From assembly GCA_040752145.1 (NCBI GenBank), contig JBFMFL010000004.1, forward strand, positions 13,031 through 77,030: a stretch of 64,000 nt of DNA. The letters run 5' to 3'. Positions within the stretch are counted from its first letter, which is position 1. Every line of letters begins with the position of its first letter. Origin of the DNA: Gemmatimonadota bacterium (GTDB taxonomy: Bacteria > Gemmatimonadota > Gemmatimonadetes > Longimicrobiales > Longimicrobiaceae). This document shows, piece after piece, positions 43,373 through 53,538 of this stretch. The translations under genes were made by a program, and so were the position numbers. The notes beneath the pieces are model-generated. The model worked only from the letters and a program-made list of their open reading frames with translations. It was not told the origin of the DNA and made no database searches.

Positions 43373-43637
43373 CGGGCGGCCGGCCGGTGCGACGCGGGGC
43401 GGCGCACGCCGTAGAAGGCGAGGAGACGGCGGCCTCCGCGCGGCCGCGTGAGGGTCGGGAGGGCGCCGGCGGGAGACGGGGCGGTGGCGAGGGGGAAGGG
43501 GGCGTACACGGCGGGCCTCCGGGAGCAGGGGAGAGGGACGGGAATTCCCCCCCCGCGTTCTCGCGGTCGGCGGTTCGGAAGCAGTGGATTGGCGCCTGGA
43601 GGAGATGCGGGGCAGCACGGCGCGGGCGATCCCCCCG

Positions 43638-44234
43638 CTAGGCCCCGTGGCCCCGGACCGCGCGCCAGAACTGCTTGGGCGTCAGCCCGGTCGTGTTGGC
43701 CATGCTGGACCGGAGGCCCGGCCGGGCGAGCACCCACGCGACGAAGTCGCGCTGGTTGCGGTGCATCGCCGAGCTGACGGCGGGTTTGGCGTAGGGCGGC
43801 AGCAGGCTCTTGAGGGCCATGCGCTGCAACCAGCGCCTTTGGCGTGGGTGGGAAGCCAGCCGTCGGAGGCCGATGTTGTAGGGCAGGACCTCGTCGTCGG
43901 GGCTCAGCGGGCGGACGCCTTTTCGGAGTCCGATGCCTTTGCGCTTCTCGGCGTGGCGCGCCATGCCCACGAGATCGCTGAAGTTTCCGACGACCTCGCC
44001 GTGCTCGTAGACCAGGTAGCAGGGCGGGTCCCGCTCGACGCGCTCGGCGCTCCAGGTCATGAGCCCGTCGGCGATGAACTCGCGCACGCATTCGTTTTCG
44101 CGGGCGGCCGCCGCAAGCACTTCTCGGGTGGGGTGCTCCAGGACCTGGGGTCTGGTGGACACCGGGCGTGGAACCTCGGGGAAAGCGAGTCCGATCTGCG
44201 GACTGAAGCGCGCGGCATAATCGGCGATGGTCAT
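43638..44234 (-). CDS. Hypothetical protein (198 aa)
   Basis: Starts at ATG 44234 (MTIADYAARF...). Good GC3 throughout. No recognised motif. Confidence 0.5.
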   Translation of the reverse strand: MTIADYAARFSPQIGLAFPEVPRPVSTRPQVLEHPTREVLAAAARENECVREFIADGLMTWSAERVERDPPCYLVYEHGEVVGNFSDLVGMARHAEKRKGIGLRKGVRPLSPDDEVLPYNIGLRRLASHPRQRRWLQRMALKSLLPPYAKPAVSSAMHRNQRDFVAWVLARPGLRSSMANTTGLTPKQFWRAVRGHGA

Positions 44235-44782
44235 GGCGGGTCGGATCCGGTCGGGATGGGAATCGCAGTGGATACCGCGGCAGGCGTCGGTGAACGAGGA
44301 AGCCGGGGAGTTGCCGTCGCGTGTTCTCCGGGTTCTTCGGGGTCTCCAGGAGCGGGCCTCCCGGAGCGCGGGCCGATCAGCTCCGCCGGGAGGGCCTGAG
44401 GGACCGGGTCCCGCCCCTGCCGCAGGAGCCTCGGCAGCGGCTGCCCAGCCTGTTCTCCGCGTACGGACGGCGAGCGCCCGCATCCGCACGGACTCCGCGC
44501 GTACAGGCACACCCTGACGAAACGGGGGCAGGACTCTCTCGAGCCCTGCCCCCGTTGGCGAACTGCAGCTGAACAGCAACGACACACGCCTGTGTCAGTG
44601 AGCAAGAATGAGGGCTGGTCGATCTCGCGGGTTCTCCGGTTTCGTCGGGGGAGGGCCGGCGCGGAGCCGGCTGGGCACGAATCACGATCCAGCCGCGGCG
44701 CCCCGATGCGCCATCACGAACAGGTCGGCCGGCGGGGCACAGGCGTGACCCGCCCGGACCCTTCATCCGGCCCATACTTCTG

Positions 44783-45304
44783 CTACTGCACCCGGACCGT
44801 GTGCGTGCCTGCCTCGTGGTCCCGCCACAGCTCGGCCGCGGGATCGTCCGCCCCCCTTCGCTCCCCCGGACGCACTCCGCGGTAGTCGTAGACGATGCGG
44901 AGCCGGTGGGGCCCCGGGGCGAGGCGCCGGAGCGTGGCTTCGTACTGCGCCATCACCACCCGGTCGGCCCGCCCGCACGCCCCGCTGTGGCTCCGGGAGC
45001 CGCGCACCACCACCCGCATCGTCAGGCCCGCCCGGTCCGGCACCACCTCCGCACCCACGTCGTCGCACTGGTCCGGCATCGCGATGAGGCCCCGGACGTG
45101 GATGGACCCGGCACCTCCCTCCGCGAAGGTCGGCTCCGGGGGGAGCCGGACCGGGCTCCCGGAGTTGCTTTCCACGACGTCGGTGTGGACCACCGCGAAC
45201 TCGAGCGCGGGCTCTCCCCCGCACGAAGAGCAGGAGACGGCCGCGGCGAGCAGGGCCCACCTCCGGGTGCGCAACCAGACGCGAGCGAAGCCGGCAGCAT
45301 CCAT
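44783..45304 (-). CDS. Lipoprotein (173 aa)
   Basis: Signal and lipobox 'WALLAAAVSCSSCGG'. Beta-rich mature part. Confidence 0.55.
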   Translation of the reverse strand: MDAAGFARVWLRTRRWALLAAAVSCSSCGGEPALEFAVVHTDVVESNSGSPVRLPPEPTFAEGGAGSIHVRGLIAMPDQCDDVGAEVVPDRAGLTMRVVVRGSRSHSGACGRADRVVMAQYEATLRRLAPGPHRLRIVYDYRGVRPGERRGADDPAAELWRDHEAGTHTVRVQ

Positions 45305-45369
45305 CCGTGTTCTCCCGTCGGGGGTTCCCGCCGCACGCCGAAGGGCCGCGGACCCGTGCCGGCGGCGCG

Positions 45370-46296
45370 TCACACCGCCAGCGCAGGCTCCTCGAAGCCC
45401 TCCTGCTCGAGCTGGATCGTCGCGTGGCCGATCCCGAAGCGGTCGTGGAGCGGCGCCCGGATCTGCCGGAGCATCGCCTGGCCGAAGTGCTCCTCGTCCA
45501 CCACCACGTGACCCGACATCGCCACCATGCCGCTGGTGATCGTCCACACGTGCAGGTCGTGCACCGCGCGGACGCCGGGCACCCGCTTGATGGCCTCGCT
45601 CACCTCGTCCACGTCGATGTGGCCGGGTGCGCCCTCCATCAGCACCGCCACCGTCTCCTTGAGGAGCGCCCACGACGAGTAGAGCACCAGGACGCCGATC
45701 AGCACCGACGCGGCCGGATCCGCCCACCGCCAGCCGAAGGCCCAGATCAGCCCGCCGGCGGCGATGGCCCCGACGCTCCCCAGCGCGTCCGTCAGGACGT
45801 GCAGCCACGCCCCGCGCACGTTCAGGCTCTCCGACCTCCCGGCGCTCAGGATCCAGAGCCCGGCCAGGTTGACGGCGAGGCCGCCGAGGGCGATCCCCAC
45901 CATGAGCCCGCCCTGGACCTCCGGCGGCTCGCCGATGCGGCGGTACGCCTCCACGAAGATGTAGGCCGAGACCGCGACCAGGGTGGCGCCGTTGAGCAGC
46001 GCCGCCAGGATCTCCGTACGGTAGAAGCCGTAGGTGTGCTTCGCCGTCGCCGGCCTCTGCGCGATCCAGATGGCGAACATCGACAGCGCGAGCGCCGCCA
46101 CGTCCGAGAGCATGTGCCCCGCGTCGGCCAGCAGCGCCAGCGAGTTGGTCAGCAGCCCGCCCACCACCTCCGCCACCATGTAGGCGGCGGAGAGCCCCAG
46201 CACCACCGCCAGCCGCTTCCGGTTCTTTGCCCCGTACGACCCGCCGTGCGAGTGCCCGTGGGCGTGTCCCGGCCCGTGGCTATGCCCGGCTCCCAT
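45370..46296 (-). CDS. czcD: Cation diffusion facilitator (Zn/Co/Cd efflux)
   Basis: His-rich N-terminus 'GHSHGPGHAHGHSHG'. CDF signature 'SLALLADAGHMLSDVAAL', 'HVLTDALGSVG', and a C-terminal cytoplasmic domain 'VHDLHVWTITSG'. Confidence 0.9.
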   Translation of the reverse strand: MGAGHSHGPGHAHGHSHGGSYGAKNRKRLAVVLGLSAAYMVAEVVGGLLTNSLALLADAGHMLSDVAALALSMFAIWIAQRPATAKHTYGFYRTEILAALLNGATLVAVSAYIFVEAYRRIGEPPEVQGGLMVGIALGGLAVNLAGLWILSAGRSESLNVRGAWLHVLTDALGSVGAIAAGGLIWAFGWRWADPAASVLIGVLVLYSSWALLKETVAVLMEGAPGHIDVDEVSEAIKRVPGVRAVHDLHVWTITSGMVAMSGHVVVDEEHFGQAMLRQIRAPLHDRFGIGHATIQLEQEGFEEPALAV

Positions 46297-46336
46297 GTGC
46301 CTCCTCCGTTCGGTGGTTGCGCCTCTCCCGCAGGTC

Positions 46337-46458
46337 CTCGGTCCACGCGCAGAGCCCGGGGCGGACCCGCAGGGTCACCGGCGCAGACGTCGCCAGCCCC
46401 CGGCCGCCACCGCGGCGAGCGGGCTCTGCACCTCGCCGCCCGTCCCGTGCGAGAGCGC
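46337..46458 (-). pseudogene. Remnant of the 3' end of a czcA-like RND gene
   Basis: The minus strand encodes 'ALSHGTGGEVQSPLAAVAAGGLATSAPVTL..PGLCAW', against 'ALSHGTGAEVQRPLATVVIGGLVTSTLLTLLVLPTLYAW' at the end of the intact czcA. The nucleotide similarity to 47231-47352 is obvious by eye. Confidence 0.6.
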
Positions 46459-46503
46459 GCAGCGCGTGCGGCCCGGGCGCCGGGCCGGAGCGCCACCCCT
46501 CCA

Positions 46504-47151
46504 TCAGGTCCCCCCGCGCGAAGGCGGGTGGCCGGGCTTCCGCGCCAGCGCCACCTGGAAGGTGCCGCCGAGCAGCGACGGCTCCCGCCGGACCAGCTCC
46601 AGCCCGCCCGCCCGCAGCAGCGGCCCGAGCCGGCGGTTGATCTCCGTGGCCAGGGTGCCCATCACCAGGTTGGCGGCGCTCCGGAGGACGGACGGCCGCG
46701 CATCGTCCGGGAGGAACTTGTCGAAGACCGACGCGCGCCCTCCCGGCCGGAGCACCCGCGCGGCCTCGCGCGCGCACGCCTCCGCGTCCGGGACGACGGC
46801 GAGGATCAGGTGCAGCGCCACGCAGTCGAAGCTCCCGTCGGGGAGATCCAGCCGCTGTGCGTCCATCACCTCCGCCGTCACCGGGCGGCCGAGCGCCCGG
46901 GCCCGCGCCCGGGTCCGCTCCACCATCGCCGGCGTGTAGTCGATCGCCGTGACCTCGGCGCCCGCGGGCAGGTGGTCCAGGTCGAGCCCGGTGCCGCAGC
47001 CGACCAGGAGCACCCGCTCCCCCGGCCGGACGTCGAGGAGCTGCAGGGCGCGCCGGCGGCCCCGGTCCAGGTAGCGGACGAAGAGGTCGTAGAACGGGGC
47101 GTACAGGGTGTAGCGGACCCGGTTCCACGCCGCGGTGTTGGTGCGGACCAT
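46504..47151 (-). CDS. Class I SAM-dependent methyltransferase
   Basis: Motif I 'RVLLVGCGTGLDL', 'FDCVALHLIL' and 'LRPGGRASVFD'. Its ATG at 47151 lies 1 nt after the czcA stop. Confidence 0.75.
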   Translation of the reverse strand: MVRTNTAAWNRVRYTLYAPFYDLFVRYLDRGRRRALQLLDVRPGERVLLVGCGTGLDLDHLPAGAEVTAIDYTPAMVERTRARARALGRPVTAEVMDAQRLDLPDGSFDCVALHLILAVVPDAEACAREAARVLRPGGRASVFDKFLPDDARPSVLRSAANLVMGTLATEINRRLGPLLRAGGLELVRREPSLLGGTFQVALARKPGHPPSRGGT

Positions 47152-47152
47152 G

Positions 47153-50100
47153 TCAGCCCTCCGGCTGGAGGAGAGCACCCGGGCCGCGCCCCTGCGCCGC
47201 GCGTGCCGCGGCGCGCCGGTCCCGCCGCCCCTCGATCCACGCGTAGAGCGTGGGGAGGACCAGCAGGGTCAGCAGCGTGGACGTCACCAGCCCCCCGATC
47301 ACCACCGTGGCGAGCGGGCGCTGCACCTCCGCGCCCGTCCCGTGCGAGAGGGCCACGGGGATGAAGCCGATGCTGGCCACCAGCGCCGTCATGAGCACCG
47401 GCCGCAGCCGCTCGCGCGAGCCTTCGACCGCCGCCTCGGCCGCGGATGCGCCCTCCTGCCGGCGGCGCTGCACCGTCGTGAGCAGCACCAGGCCGTTGAG
47501 GACGGCCACGCCGAAGAGCGCGATGAAGCCGATGGAGGCGGACACCGAGAGGTGCAGGTCCCGCAGCCAGAGCGCCGCGATCCCCCCCACCGCCGCGAAC
47601 GGGAGGTTCGCCAGCACCAGCCCCGCCAGCATCCACGACCGCAGGGAGGCGTAGAGCAGCAGGGCGATCAGCGCGATGGAGACCGGCACGACGATGCGCA
47701 GCCGGGCCATCGCGCGCTGCTGGTTCTCGAACTGCCCGCCGAAGTCCAGGAACACGCCGGGAGGGAGGTCGACGCGCTCCTGCACCACGGCCTGCACCTC
47801 CTCCGCGAACCCGCCCAGGTCGCGCCCGGCGACGTTGGCGGAGACCACCACCAGCCGCTGCGCCCGCTCGCGGCTCACCTGCACGGGACCGGACTCCAGC
47901 CGGATGTCCGCGAGCTGCGCCAGGGCGATGCGGGCGCCGCTCGGCGACGGGATGGTGATGGCGCCGATCGCCTCCACCGAGGTGCGCAGCGCCGCGGGGT
48001 ACTGCACCACCACGTCCATCGCGTAGCTGCCGTCCACCACCTGCGACACCGGTCGGCCGCCCACCGCGGTCTCCAGCGCCTCCTGCATCTCCTCCATCGG
48101 GATCCCCAGGCGGGCCATCGCCCCGCGGTCCATCCGCACGTTGAGGTAGCCCTGTCCCTCGGTCGCCTCCACCTGGACCTCCGCCGCGCCCGGCACCGAG
48201 CGGACGGCCGCAGCCACCCGCTCCGCGGCCTGGCGGTTCTGCTCCGGGTCATCGCCGAAGACCTTCACGGCCAGGTCCCCCCGCACTCCGCTGATCAGCT
48301 CGTCCAGCCGCATCGCCATCGGCTGGGTGAAGACGAAGCCCATCCCCGGCACCCGCTCGCCCAGCCGGTGCTCCATCTCCTCCTGGAGCTCCTGCTTGGT
48401 GAGGCCGGGGCGCCACTGCGAGCGGGGCTTGAGCATCACGAACACGTCCGCCTGGTGAAGGCCCATGGGGTCGCTGCCGATCTCGGCCCGGCCGACGCGG
48501 CTGACCACGGTGCTGACCTCGGGGGACATGCGCAGCGTCCGCTCCAGCTCGCGCTGCATCTCCACGGAGCGGGTGAGGGAGACGCTGGGGTCGCGCAGCG
48601 CCTGGATCACGATGGACCCCTCGTCCAGCTCCGGCAGGAACTCCGTGCCCAGCGCGGGCACGAGCAGGAGGGCGCCCGCGAAGAGCGCAGCGGCGGAGGC
48701 GAGCGTGGCCTTCGGCCGCGCCATGGTGCGGCGCAGCAGCGGCCCGTAGCGCCGGTCCAGCCAGGCGGAGAGCCGCACCGCATAGGCGGACTCCTTCGCG
48801 CCCCGCCGGAAGGCGAAGCTCGCCGCGGCCGGCACCCACGCCAGCGCCAGGACCAGGCTCCCGAAGAGCGCGATCGCGACGGTGATCGCCATCGGCCGGA
48901 ACATCCGCCCCTCCAGCCCCTGGAGCGTGGCGATGGGGACGTAGACCAGCATGATGATGAGCACGCCGAAGGTGATCGGGCGGCCGACCTCGCGCCCGGC
49001 CTCGATCAGGCGCCGGGCCAGCCCGGCGCGGTCGGCGGGGAGGCGCCCCTCCTCCTCGTCCTGGTGGAGCGTCTTCACGTAGTGCTCCGCCATCACCACC
49101 GAGCCGTCCACGATCATCCCGAAGTCGATCGCGCCCAGGCTCATCAGGTTGGCGGAGAGGCCCAGCCAGCGCATCCCCAGGAAGGCGAACAGGAGCGAGA
49201 AGGGGATGGTGAGCGCCACGATCAGCGCCGCGCGCACGTTGCCCAGGAAGAGCAGCAGCACCGCGATCACCAGGAAGCCGCCCTCCAGCAGGTTGGTCCG
49301 CACGGTGCCCAGCGTCCCCTGGACCAGGTCGGTCTGGTCGTAGTACGGCCGGACCCGCACCCCCTCCGGGAGCGACCGGTTGATCTCCTCGACCTCCTCC
49401 TTGACCCGGCTCACCACCTCGCGGCCGTTCTCGCCGCGGAGCATCAGCACCAGCCCGCTCATCACTTCTCCGCGCCCGTCGCGCGAGACCGCGCCCTGCC
49501 GCAGCTCAGCCCCGTAGCCCACGTCGGCCACGTCGCCCACCAGCACGGGGACCCCCGCGGCGTTGGAGCGGATCACCGTGCGGGCGAGGTCCTCCGGCCC
49601 GACCGCCTGGCCGAGACCGCGCAGGATGTACTGCTCGTCGCGGTGCTCCAGGTAGCCGCCGGCCGCGACCGCGTTGTTGGCCTCCACCGCCTGCACCACG
49701 TCGTGCAGGGTCAGGCCGTAGCTCGCCAGCGCCTCGGGGCGGATGATGACCTGCACCTGCCGCACGTGTCCGCCGAAGGAGTTCACCTCGGCGACGCCGG
49801 GAACCGTGCGGAGCTGGGGCTTCACCACCCGGTCGTGGAGCGTGCGCAGCTCCATCAGGTCCTTGCCGTCCCCCTCCACGGTGTAGAAGTAGATCTCGCT
49901 GTTGGCGGCGGACATGGGGCCCATCTCCGCCTCGGCGCCCGGCGGAAGGGACTCGCGCACGCCCTGGAGCCGCTCCGCCACGAGCGTGCGGGCGAAGTAA
50001 AGGTCCACGTCGTCCTCGAAGACCACCGTCACGGCCGCGAAGGCGTACTTGCTCACGGACCGCACCTGCGTGACCCCCGGGAGCCCGTTCAGCGCCACCT

Positions 50101-50308
50101 CGATGGGGAAGGTGGCGAGCCGCTCCACCTCCACCGGCGAGAGCCCCGGGGCTTCCACCAGCACCTGCACCTGCACGTCCGTGAGGTCGGGAAACGCGTC
50201 CACGCGGAGGGTGCGGAGCGCCCAGACGCCCAGCCCGACCAGGGCCAGGACGCCGAACATCACCGCCCCGCGGTTGCGGACCGACCATTCGATCAGCTTG
50301 TTGATCAT
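47153..50308 (-). CDS. czcA: Heavy-metal efflux RND pump, CzcA/CusA family
   Basis: 1051 aa. 'MINKLIEWSVRNRGAVMFGVLAL...DAFPDLTDVQVQV' and the 12-TM RND architecture. Confidence 0.9.
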   Translation of the reverse strand: MINKLIEWSVRNRGAVMFGVLALVGLGVWALRTLRVDAFPDLTDVQVQVLVEAPGLSPVEVERLATFPIEVALNGLPGVTQVRSVSKYAFAAVTVVFEDDVDLYFARTLVAERLQGVRESLPPGAEAEMGPMSAANSEIYFYTVEGDGKDLMELRTLHDRVVKPQLRTVPGVAEVNSFGGHVRQVQVIIRPEALASYGLTLHDVVQAVEANNAVAAGGYLEHRDEQYILRGLGQAVGPEDLARTVIRSNAAGVPVLVGDVADVGYGAELRQGAVSRDGRGEVMSGLVLMLRGENGREVVSRVKEEVEEINRSLPEGVRVRPYYDQTDLVQGTLGTVRTNLLEGGFLVIAVLLLFLGNVRAALIVALTIPFSLLFAFLGMRWLGLSANLMSLGAIDFGMIVDGSVVMAEHYVKTLHQDEEEGRLPADRAGLARRLIEAGREVGRPITFGVLIIMLVYVPIATLQGLEGRMFRPMAITVAIALFGSLVLALAWVPAAASFAFRRGAKESAYAVRLSAWLDRRYGPLLRRTMARPKATLASAAALFAGALLLVPALGTEFLPELDEGSIVIQALRDPSVSLTRSVEMQRELERTLRMSPEVSTVVSRVGRAEIGSDPMGLHQADVFVMLKPRSQWRPGLTKQELQEEMEHRLGERVPGMGFVFTQPMAMRLDELISGVRGDLAVKVFGDDPEQNRQAAERVAAAVRSVPGAAEVQVEATEGQGYLNVRMDRGAMARLGIPMEEMQEALETAVGGRPVSQVVDGSYAMDVVVQYPAALRTSVEAIGAITIPSPSGARIALAQLADIRLESGPVQVSRERAQRLVVVSANVAGRDLGGFAEEVQAVVQERVDLPPGVFLDFGGQFENQQRAMARLRIVVPVSIALIALLLYASLRSWMLAGLVLANLPFAAVGGIAALWLRDLHLSVSASIGFIALFGVAVLNGLVLLTTVQRRRQEGASAAEAAVEGSRERLRPVLMTALVASIGFIPVALSHGTGAEVQRPLATVVIGGLVTSTLLTLLVLPTLYAWIEGRRDRRAAARAAQGRGPGALLQPEG

Positions 50309-50317
50309 GGCGGCCCC

Positions 50318-51556
50318 TCAGTGGTCGTGCTCGAAGCCGGCCTTGCCCAGCTCCGACTTCAGCGTGAAGGCGCCGGAGACGGCGACCCGCTCCCCGGCGG
50401 CGAGGCCGGAGCGGACCGCGACCCGCTCCGTGCCGGGCACTGTGGAGCCGGGCGCGCTCAGCACCTCCACCTGCACGGCGCGCCGCTCGAAGGTGCGCGG
50501 CGCGACCTCCACGAACACGTAGCGCTCGGCCCCGTCCGTGACGACCGCGGACTCCGGGATCGTCAGCAGCGTGGACGCGGGCGCCTGCAGGGCGGCCGTG
50601 GCGGGTGCGTCCAGGACGACGTTGGCGAACATCCCCGGCCGGAGCGCCCGGTCGGGGTTCGGCACGTGGAGGATGGCTTTCACCGTGCGGGTGGTCGGGT
50701 CCAGCTGGTCCCGCAGCCGCTCCACGCGCCCCTCGAAGCGGAGAGCGGGATAGGCCGCGAGCGTGATGGTGCCCCGCTGCCCGATCCGCAGCAGCGGCAT
50801 CGCCCGCTCCGGCACCTCCGCCACCACGTCCACCACCGACAGGTCCGCGATCTTGAAGAGGGGGGTCCCGGGCTCCACCGCGGTGCCCGCGAGCGCGTGC
50901 GTCTCCACGATGCTCCCCGCGAAGGGAGCGGGAACCGGGAGCACCGGGCTGATCTCCCCGCTGGAGGCGGTCCGGGAGATGGTGGCGTTCCCGACGCCGA
51001 GCAGCCGGAGGCGGCGCCGGGCCGCCTCCGCGAGCGCCCGGGCGCCCTGCTCGTCCTGGGTGCCCGCGAGCAGCTCCGCCCGCCGCGTGGCCTGCACCAG
51101 GTCGTTCTGCGCCGTCAGGTACGTGGGGCTGGTCAGCAGCGCGACCGTCTGCCCGGCGCCGACTCGGTCCCCCTCCACCACGGTGAGGCGCTCGATCCGG
51201 CCCGCCACCCGGGGCGAGACCATCGCGACCCGGGCGGGGTCGAACTCCACCTGCCCGGGGACCTGGAGGCCGGCGCTCGCCGCCGCGGCGGGCTGGGCGC
51301 CGACCGCCTCCACGCGGATCCCGGCGGTCCGGTACGCCGCCTCCGTGAGCGTCACCCGCCCTTCCGGGCCGTGCTCCTCCTCCCCCTCGGCGTGCTCCTC
51401 CCCTTTCGCGTGCCCGCCGGCGGCCTCCCCGGCTTCGGCGTGGGACTCGCCCTCTTCCCCGGCGTCCGGCGAGCAGGCGCCGGCGAGGGCGGCCAGGAAC
51501 GCGAGCAGCACCAGGAGGGCGCGCCCGCGGGCGATCGTACGAAGTCTATCGGTCAT
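50318..51556 (-). CDS. czcB: RND efflux periplasmic adaptor (membrane fusion protein)
   Basis: Lipoprotein-type signal 'LAALAGAC'. His/Glu-rich segment 'ESHAEAGEAAGGHAKGEEHAEGEEEHG'. HlyD-like barrel-sandwich and beta-barrel regions. Confidence 0.85.
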   Translation of the reverse strand: MTDRLRTIARGRALLVLLAFLAALAGACSPDAGEEGESHAEAGEAAGGHAKGEEHAEGEEEHGPEGRVTLTEAAYRTAGIRVEAVGAQPAAAASAGLQVPGQVEFDPARVAMVSPRVAGRIERLTVVEGDRVGAGQTVALLTSPTYLTAQNDLVQATRRAELLAGTQDEQGARALAEAARRRLRLLGVGNATISRTASSGEISPVLPVPAPFAGSIVETHALAGTAVEPGTPLFKIADLSVVDVVAEVPERAMPLLRIGQRGTITLAAYPALRFEGRVERLRDQLDPTTRTVKAILHVPNPDRALRPGMFANVVLDAPATAALQAPASTLLTIPESAVVTDGAERYVFVEVAPRTFERRAVQVEVLSAPGSTVPGTERVAVRSGLAAGERVAVSGAFTLKSELGKAGFEHDH

Positions 51557-52958
51557 GGCTCCCTCCGGTGCGGGAGGTGGTTTCGTCGTGGTCAGGGGCG
51601 CCGGCGCCGCTCCCGGCCGCCAGCAGGTCGGCCAGTGCGTCGGCCGCGTCCAGGACGCTGCGGAGACGCTCCGTCTCGGCGCGGGCCAGCGCACGCTCGA
51701 AGTCCAGCAGCTCGATCAGGGAGAGGTCGCCGGTGCGGAAGCTCGCCAGGGCAGCTTCCCGCTCCTCCCGCGCGCCGCGCAGCAGGGCGGCATCGTACAC
51801 GGCCAGGCGGGTCCGCGCGGCCTCGTAGCGCTCGCGGGCGGCGACCAGCTCCGCCCGCACCGCCGCTGCGGTGGCGGCGCGCTCCGCCTCCGCGGCGGCC
51901 ACGTCGGCCGCGGCAGCTTCGGTGGCGGTGGCGTTCGCCCGGCGGGCGGTGAACGGCAGGGACACGGAGGCGCCGAGCGTCGGGCCCAGCGTGCTCCCCC
52001 CGCCGTCGGAGGGGAAGCGCTGGACCCCGACGGCCCCGGCCAGGCGGGGCCGCTGCTCCGCCAGGAGGAGCTGCCGCCCGGCCCGGGCGCGCTCGACCTC
52101 CGCCTCCGCGAGGCGGATGGCCCCGGACTGCGCCAGGAGGGAGTCGACGTCGGGGGGAGGGGGGAGCGCCGCCGTGGGCGCGCGGCCCGCCGCCTCCGCC
52201 AGGGCGGCCTCCAGCAGGGCGGTCTGCGCCGGCGCGGGGGCGGGCCCGAGGAGCGCCTCCAGGGCGACCCGGCCGGCGCGCGCCTCCGCGGCCGCTTCGG
52301 CACGCTCGGACTGCACCCGCAGCCGCTCCGTCCGCAGCCGCAGCACGTCCACGTAGCGCGCGTCGCCCACGGAGAAGCGGGCGCGGAGCGCGGCCTCCGC
52401 GGACACCAGGAGCGAGTCCTCCGCGCCCAGCCGGCGGGCGATCGCGGACCACCCCGCCGCCTGCGTCAGCGCGCGGGTGGCGAGCGCCGCGAGCCTGCGC
52501 TCGGCGGAGGAGAGCGACGCGGATGCGGCCCGCACGTCGGCCGCGGCCACGGCGCGCGCGCCCTCGCGCCGGCCGCGGGACAGGAACTCCCTCTCCACCT
52601 CCACGCGCACGGAGGCGTCGCGCAGGTCGATGCCGGGGATCTCCTCCGCCTCCCCGGAGAGGAAGGCGGGCCCGGCGTAGCCGGCGGCGCGGGCCCGCGC
52701 CTCGGCCGCCTGCACGGCGGCCCGGCGGGCGGCGAGCTCGGGGTTGGTGCGCACGATGGCCTCGCGGAGCGCATCGGCGCGAGGTTCGGCCTGCGCACGG
52801 GCCTGGAACGGGAACAGCAGCGCGGCGGCCAGGACCACCCATCCCACGCGGGAACGGGAAGGGCGCGGCCGACCCCGCGGTCGGACTGCACGAAGAACGG
52901 AGATCACGGAGTGACCCTTTCTCGAATGGGCTCTGACGTTCCCCGCAGGCAGGCGCAC
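51546..52958 (-). CDS. czcC: TolC-family outer-membrane efflux protein
   Basis: Two-repeat helical TolC-like sequence, with a signal peptide 'VVLAAALLFPFQARAQ'. Overlaps the adaptor gene by 11 nt. The exact start is uncertain. Confidence 0.8.
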   Translation of the reverse strand: MRLPAGNVRAHSRKGHSVISVLRAVRPRGRPRPSRSRVGWVVLAAALLFPFQARAQAEPRADALREAIVRTNPELAARRAAVQAAEARARAAGYAGPAFLSGEAEEIPGIDLRDASVRVEVEREFLSRGRREGARAVAAADVRAASASLSSAERRLAALATRALTQAAGWSAIARRLGAEDSLLVSAEAALRARFSVGDARYVDVLRLRTERLRVQSERAEAAAEARAGRVALEALLGPAPAPAQTALLEAALAEAAGRAPTAALPPPPDVDSLLAQSGAIRLAEAEVERARAGRQLLLAEQRPRLAGAVGVQRFPSDGGGSTLGPTLGASVSLPFTARRANATATEAAAADVAAAEAERAATAAAVRAELVAARERYEAARTRLAVYDAALLRGAREEREAALASFRTGDLSLIELLDFERALARAETERLRSVLDAADALADLLAAGSGAGAPDHDETTSRTGGSHDR

Positions 52959-53081
52959 GCGCGCCGGCCCATTAACGGGGACGGAACGAACGATCAGGCG
53001 CTTTGGATGATTCGAGGCGTCCGGAGCGGACGCGGGCGGTCACGGGCGGAGCGGAAGCTCGCCGGGCGACCCGCCGCAGGG

Positions 53082-53489
53082 TTACGCGCGGGGAGGGTGG
53101 AAGAGCGGGGTGGGAGTCCCGTGCGGACCGCGGCTGCGGCTGGCGGGCGGGATCTCCTGGACGAGACCGGAGAAGAGGGGCTCGAAGGGGGTCACCAGCA
53201 TGGCGGTTCCGTGCTGGTGCGTGCAGTGGTCGGAGTTCGTGCCGTGCTCGTGTCCGCGCGAGTGGCGGTGGTTCCCGGGGAGGGAGCCGTCCTCGTGCCC
53301 GTGGTCCCCGCGCGCGTCCACCCCGTGCAGGGCCGCCAGGGCACCGCTCTCGTGGTGTACCTCGCCGTCGCGCAGCTCGCCCAGCACCGACTCCAGGGCG
53401 GAGCCGGCGGTCAGGAGCAGCAGGAGCAGAGCGAGCAGTCGGCGCACGGACGTTTCGTTGGTTCCGTCGTTGCGGGCCTGGACAGGCAT
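53082..53489 (-). CDS. Secreted His-rich protein (135 aa), putative metal binding
   Basis: Signal 'LLALLLLLLTAGSA', then 'HHESGALAALHGVDARGDHGHEDGSLPGNHRHSRGHEHGTNSDHCTHQHG'. Divergent from the ArsR-family gene. Confidence 0.6.
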   Translation of the reverse strand: MPVQARNDGTNETSVRRLLALLLLLLTAGSALESVLGELRDGEVHHESGALAALHGVDARGDHGHEDGSLPGNHRHSRGHEHGTNSDHCTHQHGTAMLVTPFEPLFSGLVQEIPPASRSRGPHGTPTPLFHPPRA

Positions 53490-53505
53490 CCGGGACCCGG
53501 ATATC

Positions 53506-53522
53506 ATTCGGTCGCCCCGAAT
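53506..53522. promoter_or_regulatory. Inverted repeat ATTCGG-N5-CCGAAT in a divergent promoter region; candidate ArsR/SmtB operator
   Basis: Lies in the 49-nt gap between the His-rich gene and the ArsR-family gene. A second palindrome, ATGAA-N6-TTCAT, spans the RBS and start (53525-53540). Confidence 0.3.
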
Positions 53523-53538
53523 ATATGAAGGAGTGTTC

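Noticed and set aside
46297-46503. NiCo (czcD-motif) riboswitch upstream of czcD
   Set aside because: The region is instead explained by the czcA 3' remnant, which is homologous to 47231-47352.
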